Shown here: piece by piece, positions 49,229 through 64,000 of the stretch | How positions within the stretch are numbered: the first letter of the stretch is position 1 | Layout: each line of letters begins with the position of its first letter | Source: Trichinella spiralis | Taxonomy: Eukaryota | DNA: 64,000 nucleotides | Reading direction: 5' to 3' | NCBI RefSeq assembly: GCF_000181795.1 | Contig: NW_003526948.1 | Span: 512,809-576,808 of the forward strand | Translations under genes and position numbers: made by a program | Notes under the pieces: generated by a model | What the model was told of the DNA's origin: nothing | Databases searched by the model: none | What the model saw: only the letters and a program-made list of their open reading frames with translations

Positions 49229-49674
49229 AAAGTTTGACAAAGAGGAATGGAGAATTGTGATAGTTTAGAAAGAAGCCTAGCTTTAGATATTTAATATTAT
49301 TTTTTTACTTTTTTTCGATGCCTTGATTGCCAAGATATTATCCATTGTATTGCAATTATTATTAGTGCTAAGCAGTTTCTATCCCGGAACTCTTGTAATT
49401 ATTTTTCTGTGGTTCTTGTTGAAGGCTTTTGATGGTTAAGGTTATAGAGATTTATGCAAAAATATTCTCTAATGGTTCAACGTATATGGCTGTGAAATTA
49501 TACTAGCTGATTATGCAGTAAAATTAGCAGTTTGAATAAAATTACATTGCGTGCTTTGCGTGTGCAGTTTGCGTTTGATTTGTCATTTCATTATTATGAT
49601 ATGCCGTCGTAAATAATCAATTTCTGTTTGTGAACGTCATTGTAACCTTTACTCGTGCAAGAATTGCAACATGA

Positions 49675-49700
49675 TGCTGCTGCTGCTGCTGCTGCTGCTG
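49675..49700. repeat. (CTG/CAG)n microsatellite between convergent 3' ends
   Basis: Directly visible GCT trinucleotide run. Confidence 0.85.
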
Positions 49701-50053
49701 TTTTCGTATTTTTTCTTCTGCACATAATGAATTTGAATGAATATTGTTTGCATGCATATTTGTGAAAAGTGTGGTCAGCTAGTTGGCAGAACAACGGATT
49801 TTGGCAGATCAGTCGGCATTTGCGAAGTCACTTACTTAGTTTGCTGTTCTTTTATGCATGCACAACAACAATATTATGATGGAACTGCCATTTGTTCGCA
49901 ACGTTTAATTGACAAGTTTGAACTGATTTGGTGGTAAAATTTGATTGCTTCGACATGGTTGACTGGCTTCATTGTTGTACAAGAAACGAAAAGCTAACTT
50001 ATTATTTAGATAAACAAACAAATAAACCACAATAATAAATAATTTAAATACGG

Positions 50054-53000
50054 TCAGGACTGATTAGGTTGGTTGGAAATGTTCTGCTGGCTGATTGAAC
50101 GTGGTGATTCAGAATTGCCAATTTGCGAAAGACAGTCTTTGTAACTAGCATCGGATGGTGTTGGCGAACGGTTGGCAACGGCGCGACTGCTTATTGAACA
50201 TTGAGAAAAGCTGCGTCGATGGATCAGTTCAATTGTAGAAACGCAGTCTTGGAATTTTCGAATCCATGTTTCCTTTATAAATAAAAAAATACGAGAAAAT
50301 GTAAATATGTTGCTTCAAGAAAAAAAATACAGTCTGCATCCAAAGGGATGTGATTTTTATTTTTCAGAAATTCGTTTCCAGTTTATAATAATACAAATGA
50401 GCACGAATAGTAGTGGTTGGTGGGGAAGTGAATCGCATAAATACCAATAACACTGTCTTGTCTTACCTTGCATTCTTTAGTTGGTGCGTGCAAAGTGTAC
50501 AAAGCGATCAACTGGCTGAATCTGGTGACGTGCAGAAGTGCAAATGCATGTTTAACATCTGCAATGAAAATTTGATTTAAACAATTTTCATGGTTCTGCT
50601 GTTTTTGATAACACTGGAAAGTAGTAGTATAGAATTAGTAGTAGACCTTTTGAATCTTTTGGTCCAATGTCACAGAAAACGCACGAATCAAGCGGCACTG
50701 GTTGATGTTGGACTACAAATTTGCACGCATTGCCAGCCCAGTTTTCAGGGTTCGCTTTCTGAAACAGATGTCTCAGTAAATGGAAACATTAGCAACAACA
50801 GCATCGACTTGCCTTAGAGCGGATGGTATTCTTCTTTATTTTTGTCACCAGCAGCATATCATTAAACAAAAAGAGATACACTTCACTCGGTTTCTGATTT
50901 TCTATAAATATTGCAATGTATAAATAAATATAAATATAAATATATATATATATATTTCAGAATTTGACGTTATAAGAAAAGAAATCAGAAAATAAACTGA
51001 CCAATACAGTATAACAATCCTTCGTGCATTAGCTGTCGGTTGGGATGAGCGATAGAACTTTCACAAAACTGACGTGACACTGTCTCCCTGAGAATCTGAA
51101 AATAAATAAATAAATAAATAAATAAATAAGTGAGCAATATCATTTTCATTTGCTTACTTCCGGAATGTAAGCTTTGGAATCCATCTCCGTGAGAGTCGGC
51201 CAAATCAGTTGTCGCTGCAATTCTTGGAGACGTTCAAAATTGTGCAACCACTTGATGCTTTCGTCAATCGACTCTAAAAGTACAAACCAAAAATACCAAA
51301 GCATAAAATGATGAGCACAGTTGTGGATGCTTTTATGAAATACGCAATGATTCTTGAATAGTGTCCAGAATTGTTTGCAAAATTTCAATTTCTTGTTCAT
51401 CTTTTGTGAATTTCAAAACTTCACGTATCAATATTGGCAAACGCGTAATCCGTTGGAGGGGTGAAATTAGAAAATCTTCTAGCTGCAAACGTTTGCACCG
51501 CAAATCACCCGTGCACACCTGAAATCACATTTTCATCCTCCATGCTGATTGGATCTGCAATACTACTGATAAGTCGAAACTCACTTTTTCCAAAATTGCA
51601 AATCGATCATCGGTTTTTCTCAGATTTTCCAAATATTCCTTAAAAAAGCAACAAAAATTACTGAAAATTTTCATTAAATTCTGCTTTTGTCCAAATTATT
51701 CCACTGACCAGTGCAGTTTTGTAATTGACACAATAAGTGTGATAAGCGTCGACAATTGAAGCGTTTTTGAAAAACTGAAAAGCAAAAAGAAGGAAAGAGA
51801 AGCCAACAAATAACGTAACCCACAGCACAACAATTCGCACAAGCAATAACACTCTCACTCTGGTCAATAAGGTGCCAATAATTTTTATTGATCCAAAACA
51901 GTTCTTCTCTTTGGATTTAATCAGCAGATGTAAAAATTCATTGCAAAAGCCATAGCTTATCTATAAAAAAGAAAAAGAAATTCAAACAAATTTACATGTT
52001 TTCATGAACATTTCTTGTTATGTTAAGTGGTTTTTAAGCGTCACGAATCGATCATCTTTATGCTACGAGATATGATAGAAAAGAATACACATATAGATAA
52101 ATTAAGCATCAGTGAAAAGTTTCTGCAACCAGAAGTGCACTGAAGCAGTCGACGTTAACGTGTTACACACTAAGCTGCACAAATTCTACAAGGTTCATTT
52201 TATCATGCTACTAAGATGTGACTGCCTTCTTTTGTCCTCACTACAGAAATGTGCACCAACCAGTAAAGTGTAAATGCGTTCAAATGCGAATAGCAAATAG
52301 CAACCTGACATATTTCTTCAAGATTTCCAAATAAAATATCTGGTTCAACAGCAAGAAAATCACCGTCAACTTGACATTTTTTCAGTGGTTCTTTAAATAC
52401 CTTAAAAACAGCAGCATGACAAGCAGTTGCAAAATTTAAATTAGTAAATTATGTTTCAGTGTAAATTTTCAAATGAAAAAAAAGTTTTTTACATTTCTGA
52501 CAATAAGCAGACGTTGATACAAAAATATTAATTCGCTGTGAAATAGTTCCCACATCGCTTGCAGACGTTTCTGCAGTTGTGGTTCTATGACAATCCATTC
52601 GTCACCGTAAAGACACGTCCAATTTTTGTTCTAAAAGAAAAACAATGCTCATAAATAATCTAAAGTCCAAGAAAGAAAGATTCAACTTTATTCATAAAAA
52701 TTATGCTTACATATAGAGCATAGTCAGCTGAATTTTGCTGCTAGCAGCACTAACATTACAAACGCATATTTACAAAACATCCTCAGCATCAAATACGCCA
52801 TATAATTCATAAGAAAAAGTATTTTGAAACAAATTTATCCTTTTTTACAGTTATTTAAGTTATATAACATTGTAATTGAATCACTATGACATCACAGATA
52901 TGCTGAAAAAGCAAAAATTCTCCTCTTACTAATTTCCTCTCTTACTGACTGAACTGGAACGTTAGGAAGAAAAAATATCTAAAACAGAGGTTTTGCTTTA

Positions 53001-54334
53001 TATTAATGCAAATTTGCTATCAACGCTCAACTGAACTAACTGTTCATAATAACTCATGCAGGTGATTTTCGTTGACATGAATTGCGCTTATTAATGCAAA
53101 GAAGAGAAAAAGAAAAACATGTCAGATATTAATATTTGTCATTGAGGATTGTGTGATTGACAAAGATTGAATAGCTTTGAAAAAATGAGATTATTGAAAT
53201 GTTGATGATGAAAGCGGGATTGTGACGCCAACATGTGCCATTGCAAAGGTTATAAAGATGAAGATGAGTGAGTGAGTGAGTGTGTTTGAATTCAAAGCAC
53301 ATTAACTACTGATTGAAGGTGAATATGACACGAAAGCGTCATTTTCTTCCATCTTTTTGCTGCCATGCGTCTTTCAACAATCTTCCATCATCAACTATGA
53401 ATCAATTTCTTTTCATGCAAACATTTTTAATGTATTCACAAACAACACGATTCAAGCCAGATCGATTTGTCAGTATGGGGAAAAATTTATGCAACATTTA
53501 ACCACTACTGACTTCGACCAGCAAAAGTCAAATCAATGAACATGCATCGCACTATTGCTGAGCCGTGTGTCAAACAGGCGTTATCCACTTTGTCAAAGCA
53601 AGTTAAAGGAATTGTTATTCTCATACAATAAACTATTAGAGACTGTTTGGAAATGGAGAAGTTTGCGCAAACAGGCCCAGCTGAGATTGAAAATCAATTT
53701 TCAGCAATTATCATCTTGCAAACGTTACTCACTAGTCAGAAGTAGTCCATTGCCCCCACCCATCAAGCACAACCTCTATTCCAAATTTTGCTCGCATAAA
53801 CAGCTTTCAAAGCTATCATAATTAGAAAACAACAACATGCACATGCAGTTTGCCAAGTGGAAATTTTGTGCAGGAGACCTTTTTTCGATGAAGCATTAAT
53901 TGTCATTTAAATTGCTGTCCATAGAAATTACATTGCAAAATGAACATTTAATATGGGAACATTTCAAATTAAAACAAATGAAAAACATAATTTACCAAAA
54001 AACTTTGCAGTTTTTCGTTCACGTATTCACTGTCTTGACAATCGAGGGCTTGTCGAACACGACGAATAATCTCACGCGCTTTAGCTCTCTGTGACCAGTC
54101 ATACTGCAAAGAAGAAAAGTGAAATTTACAGTATAAATTTCAACTTTTACTTACAAGTCGTTTAAAAATCCATGGAGATTTTGATTTGGACAAATCTGAA
54201 GCAGTTAAATAAAAAAACCATATTGCAAATACCTCACATGCTTAACAAATTAACACAAAGAAAACCGTAGGTACTGAATTTACCTTCATCACCAGTACCA
54301 AATTTTTGCGAGCTGTTAGAGGATTTTTGCAAGC
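50054..54334 (-). CDS. DH-PH Rho guanine nucleotide exchange factor, PLEKHG5/PLEKHG7-like (core exons; 5' exons lie further right)
   Basis: DH motifs QAMWELFHSELIFL, LFGNLEEI, YHTYCVNY and CKRLQLEDFLISPLQRITRLPILIREV. PH motifs RQLMHEG, VYLFLFNDMLLVTK and ETWIRKF. Stop TGA at 50056-50054. Confidence 0.88.
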
Positions 54335-55358
54335 CTAAAAGTGCAAGTAAAAATTAAATAAAAAAAAAGGAAAAACCTGTTCATCAGAAGTGAATAATGG
54401 CAGTATGGATTTAGCTCAGTTCATGCTTGTTTAAACGTCACATTGCGTATTTCAGTAAATAAATTCTATTCACTAAGCCATATTAAGCAGCGCATCAATT
54501 TTTAGAATCTATAAGCTCTAAATTAAGCTACAACTTTCTGAAAATCACATCACAGTAGTACAGATCTGCATTGACCGAATCAAAAAAACAATTTCAGTTA
54601 CGACATCCATTCAGTCTCATCATTCTCAACAGTAAGTATTATACTGTGAAAAAATCAACAGCAGCACTTATTCAGTGGCGTCCAATTTAATGTAAATCCA
54701 CTTTTTAAGTTCATGTTTAAAAAGTGTAATGTTTACAGCACAAATTAAATTAACTAATAAAGAAATTTACATTTCATAAAATCATCAACGCTCAGACAGT
54801 TTGTATATGTAGCTGTTGCTATGCAAGTAAGCAAACACTGAAAAACTGTGTTTAAAACTTATTTAAACAGAAACTTATTAAAACATTTACTATTATTAGC
54901 TACTATATTATTTAAACATATCATTATGAAAGAGTAGCACGGGATGCGTAGTGTCGCCTATTAAGCAATTACGTTGTGATATTATCATTATCGTACTAAT
55001 TGCTTTTTCAAAGTAACACTATTTTCCCTTCTGGAATTAAATCCTGAAACAAGCAGAGTTTTCATTATCGGTGCTTGATTGATACTTTTACTAATTAAAG
55101 TATAACTGAGTCTTCATCAACTAACAAACATGCACATACACTCAAATGATAATACAATAAGGCATGTTTGTGATACCAAAAGTGCAACATTTTACGCACC
55201 AGTATAGATTATGAAATATAAAAGTAAAACATCCACCCTATTATTATGCTTTAAAATTAATAAATTACATTTACAGAAAACATCATAATTAAATAATAGG
55301 AATGTCAAATGTGTTTATGAAAAGAAATTCAGAAATTAGAAAACATGTTATAAGTTAC

Positions 55359-58300
55359 CCGAGTTTTCCATGAAAAGCTGCTTATACTGAAATGATGGGA
55401 AAGAAGTGTATTTTATTTCCGTTTATGATGATGTTTTTACGTTGTGCTTTTGTAAAAGCAGTTCCGCATAGACTGAGCTTTTGGCCAGGGTGTTCTTTAT
55501 ATCGCTAGACCTGAATTATGCAAACGCGCAAGAGGCTTTTGAAGCAAGTGAGTTGACTTCAGGAATCAATATCTGGCAAACAAAAAAAATCGCAGAATAA
55601 TAAAGAATAAAAAAAGTGTAGCCCCCGCAGATCATTCTTTACAAGGGCGTGGCTATTGCCAATAAGTCAAGCTCCACTGGAAGCACAGGCGAGCTCTAAC
55701 CATGCAGACTAGAACAGAGATCAATTCTGTATACAAAAAGTACTCTCAAGAGCAATTAATTGATACTTTACTCATGAAGAAGTATCAATAAAGCGAAGAA
55801 AAGAAATTGGTCGAAGCGTAAGGTGCTTTCAACAGAGGTCAGGGATGCAGATTCAAAAAATATTACATCGATTCTTTATTTTATTGAGCAACAAGTTTAA
55901 AGAATTGTCCAACATTTAACAGAGAAAAAAATTATTAAAAGTAACTCAGTTTCCAATAAATCTATAAATTCCATAGATTATCGTTCATCTAGTTGGTTGC
56001 ACTGTAAAATTTGATTCACAACACGAAACTTCAAAAGCAGCTCAAATCAGATAATTGAAAATAAAAAATTTTCACTTTTACTTCATTTTTCTCACATAAA
56101 TTTATTTTATAAAAAATTTAATCCATAAATGATTTTTATTTGCAATTTTTAAATTACAGTTTTCAAACGGCGATTAGTTCGCCTTCAGTAAATTCAACGC
56201 TTAAAGTGCTACTGTCTTTATGGGAAACTTCTTCTAAAGTAAACTCACTGAACTACATACTTAAAAAATGTTATTTATAAAAGCTTTATTGATTTGATTA
56301 AACAGATTGTTAAAATCTTTTTTCACTAGTATAAAAAGTTAATGACATAATAAAAACCTCTTCAAAAATAGTGCACCTTGAAAATGAGTTAGTTGCCACA
56401 TGCTATTTGTAAAAATTTACTCAATCTTACTTTCAAAGCTGTATATAGTTGAAATAAAAGAATTTTACAGCGCTTCTAGAGAAAAATAAATTACAGATTA
56501 ATATATTCATTTGCAAATAATGCTATAAAAGCCAATGCAATTAAATAATTGCTCAAGCGAATGTTTATTTATTTTTCATATTAATGACTTTTTCGCCTAT
56601 ACATATATAATATTTATGAAGTTTCATGAAATTCATTTGACAAACTACAATTTACATTCAACATAATTAAAGTTCTGCTGGAGATGCTAATGGTAAGTAT
56701 TCTGAAGAAATCTCCATCCTAAGGAGCAAGTACAAATTGACAAAAACCTTTACAAATAACGCAGTTATTGCTAAAATCACTCAACAAGTAACTATTTTAA
56801 TATACACACACAAAGTAATCGGCAAAATTTACTTATTTACTGGGTATAATTTTTTTCCATAATTTACTTTCACATTTCATCAAAAGAAAAAAAATTAAAA
56901 AATAAAATTGCAAAACTCACCTGCTCGAATAATTTCACGCTGACTTATGGCAAGATGAAAGAGTCGGAGTTCGTTTCGCAGCATGATTCTTTGTGATGCA
57001 AACAAAGAATTGTCACCAGATATGCTGTTGCAACTGCTAAAAAGTTTTGCAATAAAATTAAACGATAATTTTGAATTCTAAAAGTAACAAGATAAAAAAA
57101 CTTTAACATCCAAATAACTGCTTTTTCCCATAAATAATTAAAAAGCGTGCATTGGTTTGAGCACTGAAATGTTTTCCTTTAGTCATATTAAGATTTAATG
57201 GCTGCCATATTATTCCAATATTTTATAACATGTTCAAAAATGGAATTTTCAAATAAAGGGAAATGTTAAGACCAATGTGCATCAAATTCAGAACTTTTTT
57301 TCCACCCGCATTCTTAGTGCACTTTCACTTGAAATGAACGAATGAAATGAAAATTTTACCACCCTAATTTCTTCAACTTTTCTAGCAAATATATTAAATA
57401 TAGGTTTGTAAATGTTCGATTTCATATTCTGAAAAATCATATCAGCACAATCTGACGTCTGCATTTGTGCTAAATTTCAAATTTTATAAAATAAAAGCAG
57501 TCTTGTTACTATTTCATAAGTTTAATCAGCGAACAAAGTGATTATTAATATTTCATTATAACTTTAACAAATATGCAATTTACAATATTCAGGTTAAAAA
57601 TTTTTTTAAATTGCATTTGAAAACGGTGCACAAAAGTGTTTATATCTTTCTTCATTTAGTAAGAACAATGTGAAAATTGAATTGCTACAATACTCCTACC
57701 AAAAGCATACACGCGAATAGTAGAATAAGATTGCAAATAACTTGAATTTATATAATTCTATTGAGTAATAATGGGAAAAACAGATCCATTTAAAGAATAA
57801 AAGAAAAATGTTTAGCGGTTGTTTTAGCAGAGGACATTATTTTCACTTTGACTGCTTGAAATTGCCAATGTAACAGTTATGCATTTATCTCATATGACAA
57901 ATTTAATTAAAAATAGTTCCATCTTTTGTTACAAGCGATCTCCACAAGGGAAACGTTTAACGATAAGCAATTTTATCTGACGCGAGATAAGCGTAGTTCG
58001 AAAAATTTTCACTTCAACAATATGCAATTCAAAAAACAAGGCGGCAAAAAGAAGAAGAAGAAGAAGAAGAAGAAAGAAGAGAATCCATTTACTCGAGAGA
58101 TTCTAACTATTCGTTCTTTATACTAATTACCAGCCGTTGCATCATGCCATATAATTAGTCTCTGTATTCTCATATTGTCTCAGTGGGACGTGCAACCGTT
58201 CTAGATGAACCACCCTGGTATGAAATATTCATTACAAACAGTTTCAATTAACTGAATCGATTTGAACGAACTGAAATGTAATTGTAAACGAATCAAATCG

Positions 58301-60662
58301 TTTCTCGAAAAAGAATAAACCTGAAACAATTTTTATTTTCTAAATTTCGTTTTCCAAAGTGCTCACTTATTCGTATGTAAAGCGGACTTATTGTTGAATG
58401 ATAAAATTTTTTAATCGCCTGCTTCGCAGGGTATAAAAATGGCTAGGCAATTAAGATGATTAAAATACGAATAATAATAATAATAATAGTATACTTGGAA
58501 TAACTGTTCGACTCAAAAACATCAATGCTGAACTTGCAGTTGTGTAAATAGTAAAAGAAAAATTTTCCCATAACCATGCTTTTGCAAAAGTTGGACAAAA
58601 TAATATGCTACAAGTAGCAAATTGATTAAAATTCTTGTGAGGCTTTGAAACAATAAAATTGTGCGGCGCTTATTTCCCATGAAGTGCCGCTGGAAATTTA
58701 CTGATTGAATTAATCGCATTGATTCGCTCTTGTAGCTTGGCAATCCTTATCTTAGCACTTATCAGTTAATGATGTTTGCCTTAAACTAGTTATCTAATTT
58801 TTGACTGTTTATGCCAAAGTTGCTTTGTTTCTCCTTTTCTGTGCCAAAAATATTCTACAAATATCCCCTTTCTTGCACAGCCATTTGAAAAGTAAAATTT
58901 ATCTGATCAACATTAAAAGTGTCAAAAACAAAAAGTTACATATTATTATAAAAATAATTTCCTTGTTCCCATTCACAGCAGCAAAAACTAAAATATATTT
59001 TTAGTACTTTAAAAATAAAAAAGCCATAAGCAAAACTAAAATCAAAATGTCAAAACACTTTCTCGTAAAAAGATTGCTTTTTTACGAAAAATAAAAATGA
59101 CTTTTATATAATTAAAATTGTGCTTAAAAACACTTGCTTACAATTGAAAACAGATATATTATATATGCATACCAGTTGCAATTCCACCTTAGATTAATTC
59201 CAGTTGAAAACTCCAGTCAAATTGAATTGCTTGAATTGAATAAACGTTACATATCACAGTATTTGCATAAACAGCCGCACTAGTTAAAAATGAAACTACT
59301 GATTTCAAATTATTCATTTCGCCTTCTGCTGCGCAGTATAGCCGTGGGCAACGTTGAAAGTGCCAACAATGCAGCGCACTGAAGCTAACGTTTATCGCCA
59401 TACTACTGCTGATAAGAATCAGCAGCTACATTTTTTATTTATCAAAGCGCAACAAGCATGTATATTCAAGTGCAAAGTTATCGGATGAAGTTAAATTTTA
59501 AATGCTCTTCTATTCACCGATATTCAATCTGATTGTGTGTGTGTGTGTGTCAACAAGGAAAGATCACATCGGACTTACAAAATATACAACGTTTTGTAAA
59601 TTTCTTTACATCTGCTCCTTTAAATGTCTCTTAATTGGAATTTTAAATTTTGCAACTGGAAAGTATTACCTTGACTATGAATAATAAAATAATTATTACT
59701 AAAATTACAGTCAAATAAAATTCATTCTTTAAAATTGACTAGCATTCGTTTTCAACACGCTTCACGTAATTTATTTATAATAGAAGAAAGAGAAAGCATT
59801 AGAAAAAGTAAAAAAGTTATAAAGCAAATTACTTTCCTTCAGTTTGTTCACTTTCTACTCTTTAAGACCTATTGAAATGATCTGATGCATCAAACAACAT
59901 TATGTATATAAATGAAACAAACACTTGTAAAACATCACTACATTAAATAATTGCAAAATTTTTTTAAAGCTTAATTGAAAGCATAAGCAAAATGTAGCAT
60001 CTTACCTACAATTAGCGTCAGATGCTGAATCGGAACGTTCAATCACCTAGGTGGGAGAATGTAATTTACTGAAATGCAAGGAATTTTACATGGATTAAAT
60101 AAGTTACCTTGCGATCTTCGGGAACTAAAGCATCTCGCCTGGACAGTACGGCAGGCGGTAATTCGACATTTTGAATATCTTCTTCATCGTTTGCATGTGC
60201 ACCATCCTAAGTGATAATAATTCAATGTAAAACTACTTTATAAATTCAGTCAACATGATATACAGAAGTTTCGTCCAAAACACCACTATGCCATTGTACA
60301 ATAGGCATCATGTATGAATTGCCGCTTTCGTACGGTTTGTTCACTAGCTCTAAAAGACGACCATTTATTCAATGGAGCAAATTTAGATTGACAAATTATT
60401 GCTTTGTAATGGAATGCATATTCGTTATTTAAATGCATACCGTTTAAGCTAGCACACATGGAACAATAAAAGCAAATGTAAAAATTGTGATTTGTTAATT
60501 TTTGCAAGCATGCAAAGAGCAGCCTACCGCCACGGCACTGGCAAACATCTGGTAATGCGCAGGCCGCCAAAGTTTGTCTTTCACTGAAGATCGATATATG
60601 TAAGAGAGGCGCGCTATAGCGAAACAAATGCGCCGTAAAGACTCCTTCGGGAAAGCTTTCAT
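55359..60662 (-). CDS. Candidate 5' coding exons of the RhoGEF (60662-60528, 60206-60108, 55386-55359)
   Basis: Each exon has canonical splice sites and compatible phases: MKAFPKESLRR...ASAVA | DGAHANDEEDIQNVELPPAVLSRRDALVPEDRK | YKQLFMENS-G, joining the exon starting near 54334. No homology support. Confidence 0.4.
58047..58082. repeat. (AAG)n microsatellite
   Basis: Directly visible. Confidence 0.85.
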
Positions 60663-63600
60663 TGTTCCAAACTTCGCCTACCGTGCGCGACTGTTGTCTC
60701 TGGTTGTCAGATTGCGCAAATTAAGAATTTCTACTTTTTTCCTGTTACCCGTTAATGCAATAAATATTTCGTTTTCACTTAGTATAATATACATGCTCAT
60801 CAAATAATATTATTCGTTTTAGTATGCCGCTGTCGACATGTTTCGTAAAATAAAGAAAAGAATGTAAAATGCATTATAGCTTAAAGTCACAGTTGCATTT
60901 ATTTAAGTCGCTGAAATTCTATAACTAACATTATTTCAACTGCTGCAGGCATAAAATCTGCTCATACGTCACAAGATTTTACAAACTATTAAAATTTACT
61001 TTCCTTTTTTTATTATACTTTATATAGAATATTAACTTGGATATTAAATTCGACCATTAATTATTTTTTTAAATTAAAGCAAATGTAATTTGCAAAAACC
61101 TGAACGTTGATCTCATTTTATTTCAAAATACATCCTGTATAAGGTATTTTAATAATTTTAAAATAGAAAGCAGTTTTTAAAAACAAATCCAGCTGCTCAT
61201 AGTGCTGATATTTCGAAAATTTTAACATTAAAAAATTTGAATACTAAAAATTAAAGTTTGAAAAGCCTCGCTTTTGTTACAGATGAAAACTGTTGCAACT
61301 ATAACCTCAATTATATATGTCTAAGCCCTGGCGCATTACGTACGAATCTTTTATCAAATAAAAAAATGCCATCGCAATAAAAATTTATAATCTTTTTTAA
61401 AAATCATCAATGCTTTATTAATAGTAAGAAAAGCATGGAAAAGCAGAGCTATTTATCTTTACTTGGTCATTCTGGACCTGCAAAATCAGCATCCTCAAAC
61501 TGTACATTTACAAAAAGAATGTTTTAATTGGATATGTTATATCTCAAAAAATTTCACTTAAACAAATGACCAGTTGAAATCTATTGCTTCAATAGAAAGC
61601 AACAACTTATAGTTGACGCATGATAGGGCAAAAACATTGCCATGATTATTTTCTTCTTTCACTTGCGTTGTATTTAACAAAGAGAATAGTAGCCGATTAT
61701 GCATTACAATTAAGTAGAAGGAAACAAAAAGCATCGACTAGATGTTGTAGTTGTAGCTAACCCCTGCCTCACCGTTTAATTTAATCGCATGCTGCAGTTG
61801 TGTCGACATTTCAGCACGGTCAGCTTAACTTATCAGTGTAAACCTTTTCAACGGTTAAACTGTTTCAATAAACGCAATAATTCAACCTTATTCTTCGTTA
61901 AGGAAAATACTGAAGCGCAGCTATAACGCATCGTCGAACCCTGCCATATATAAGCAAGCTAATTACTGATGCATTACTGCTTTCATAAAATCACTAAATT
62001 CATTTGGTGAATTTGTCAATAGTTACCAAACTCCAGTCATATACATCTATGCTTTGAAACTGCCAGCAGCAATAAAATGTTTTTCTTCTTATCATTCAAA
62101 ATTTCTGTGCTTGACTTTAATTTTATCATTTTAAAGATAGTTAATGTCGCTGTTACCAAATGCGTAGACGCACATTCAATGAACCTTTATTGCAACGCTT
62201 TTTAACGCATTGTAAAGTGATTTGCGCATGTTCTAATATATCCATCTTAGCAAAAAGCAGCGAAAATTGTTGTTCCTCTACAAATCGACATCAATAAGCT
62301 GAAAATCTAATAATAAGCCAAAATTTAAATTTAGAAATTCAAAACAGAATCATACTTCCTAATTCAATTCTCTAACACTTTAACCATTGCAGCATTAACA
62401 GGTGTAAGAGATCTGATAATGCATGCTTTCGTAGATTCTGTTACCATAAACTTCAAAAATAGCTCATTTTCAGATTTTTACACTTTACTACTTGAACATA
62501 TGCAGCTTCAAATGAAATCACCAAATTGAAGATATGAACTCTATTAATAGAAAGAAAAAAATGTTTTTCTGCATACAACAAAAAGTAATTTGCACGAAAG
62601 AGTTTATTTAAAAAACCTATCAGTCATTATATTTTCCCAAAATGCTGTTTGATAAATGCATGTGTCAATCATTTTAGTTTCCTGCTTCTAAACAATGACA
62701 CGTTCCACTTGGAGAAAACGGTTTAGTGAAAAGAAAAAAGCCGCTATTTAGTTCATAGCTGTTCGTTTAGGGTTTTATTGAAATTTATTTAAGACTGTAA
62801 AATTTGTCGCAGATCGCTTAATTGCAATATTTTCCAAAAAATAAACAAATAAACAAAAGCATTAGAAAATGATATAAGCACAATTGCTGTTCACATAAAT
62901 TATAATATCAGCGGTTATTTTTCCATACACTTCACCCCTAATAGAGTAGTAGAAGTAGAAAAATAAAGTGTGGAAAGTTTAAACAAGGTTAAAGTAAACT
63001 GAAATGCGCACACATGCTAATGAGTGATTTACTTCAAATAAAATGGTATTTTGTCTGTTGAGTGCATTTTGCAAAATACAGTTACGATAGAATATAATAA
63101 ATAAATAAAATTTAACATAAAAAAACAGGAAGTTTCTATATGTATTTTACCATTTGCGATTGAACATACAATTAGACTGAATAATATTATATTTCATTCA
63201 ATGACGTATTTATTGTTTTATCTACCTACTTTGAACATGCAAAAGTAATTTTAATTTAGAAAAGTGAAAAAGCTTTTACTTTATAACTTTGAAATAGGAT
63301 AATGTAATATCCATTTGAGCAGAAAAAGTAGATTTTACAGCCAAGTAAGTTTAGAAAAACGCATTTTGATTTTATCTATTTTCAGTTTTGCCATGAAAAG
63401 TTTTGATTTTCTACTGTTTAAGTAACATTTAAAGAAATATTTTTAATGAAATTATTATTTTATTGTTTAACATTTATCAAATGTAACTTTATTGTAAATA
63501 TCAATTTTTTTCTAATTTGAGTTATAAGGCAACTCCATATACATTATATAACCGTGTTTTATTTACAAAACTAAGATATAGGCTTCAATGAAGAAGCCAC

Positions 63601-64000
63601 AGGCTACTTTGTGAAAAATCTAATCAGCACATTTCAGAAGCTACACATGCAGTAGAATTTATATAGCCATCCTGCTTTTGCATTTCAACATAAAAATAAA
63701 AAGTATTATAAAACGGTGCTGAATTATTATTCCAGTTTAGAACAAACTGAATGATTTTCCAAAACATTTGAAAAGTTAGCTTTCATAAATCTGCATAACT
63801 ATGGCAAATGATCAGATGGCAAACTAAACTATTAAAAAAGCACATTAATTTTATCTGTCATTGCAATTAATTTTGCTATTTAATTTAGTAATTTAATTTA
63901 AAACAGCATAATATAGATTACGAAGTTGTTCAAATGTGATTTTTTGAAATCACAAAGTAATGAAGTAACTACAAAGCTCATCATTATAACAAAGAATAAA

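Noticed and set aside
60286..60627. 113-aa minus-strand ORF
   Set aside because: TTG start; better explained by an overlapping candidate RhoGEF exon in another frame plus intron sequence.

Overview
AT-rich eukaryotic genomic DNA with many short GT-AG introns (mostly 50-90 nt, TTTCAG/TTTTAG acceptors). This is consistent with a nematode, most likely a clade I worm such as Trichinella (inference from style and proteins, not a database hit). Spliced genes reconstructed by eye: a BIG1/2-type Sec7 ARF-GEF (minus, 9351-17963); a CEBPZOS-like microprotein immediately followed by COX19 (plus, 19176-19903); an Sp5/buttonhead-type zinc-finger gene flanked by long gene-poor regions (31998-33059); lin-37 (minus); ATP synthase subunit f followed 200 nt later by thymidylate kinase; phosphoglucomutase; and a PLEKHG5/7-like DH-PH RhoGEF (minus, uncertain 5' end). 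Repeats include a dispersed element built from a ~335-340 bp unit, a probable solo LTR, a decayed LTR-retroelement fragment, a degenerate hAT-like MITE and three diverged copies of a small spliced unit at the left end. The most interesting candidate is a possible bicistronic or operon transcript pairing the CEBPZOS-like microprotein with COX19. Most ORFs in the supplied track are spurious or exon-plus-intron read-throughs. All homology calls are from remembered motifs and need confirmation by search.
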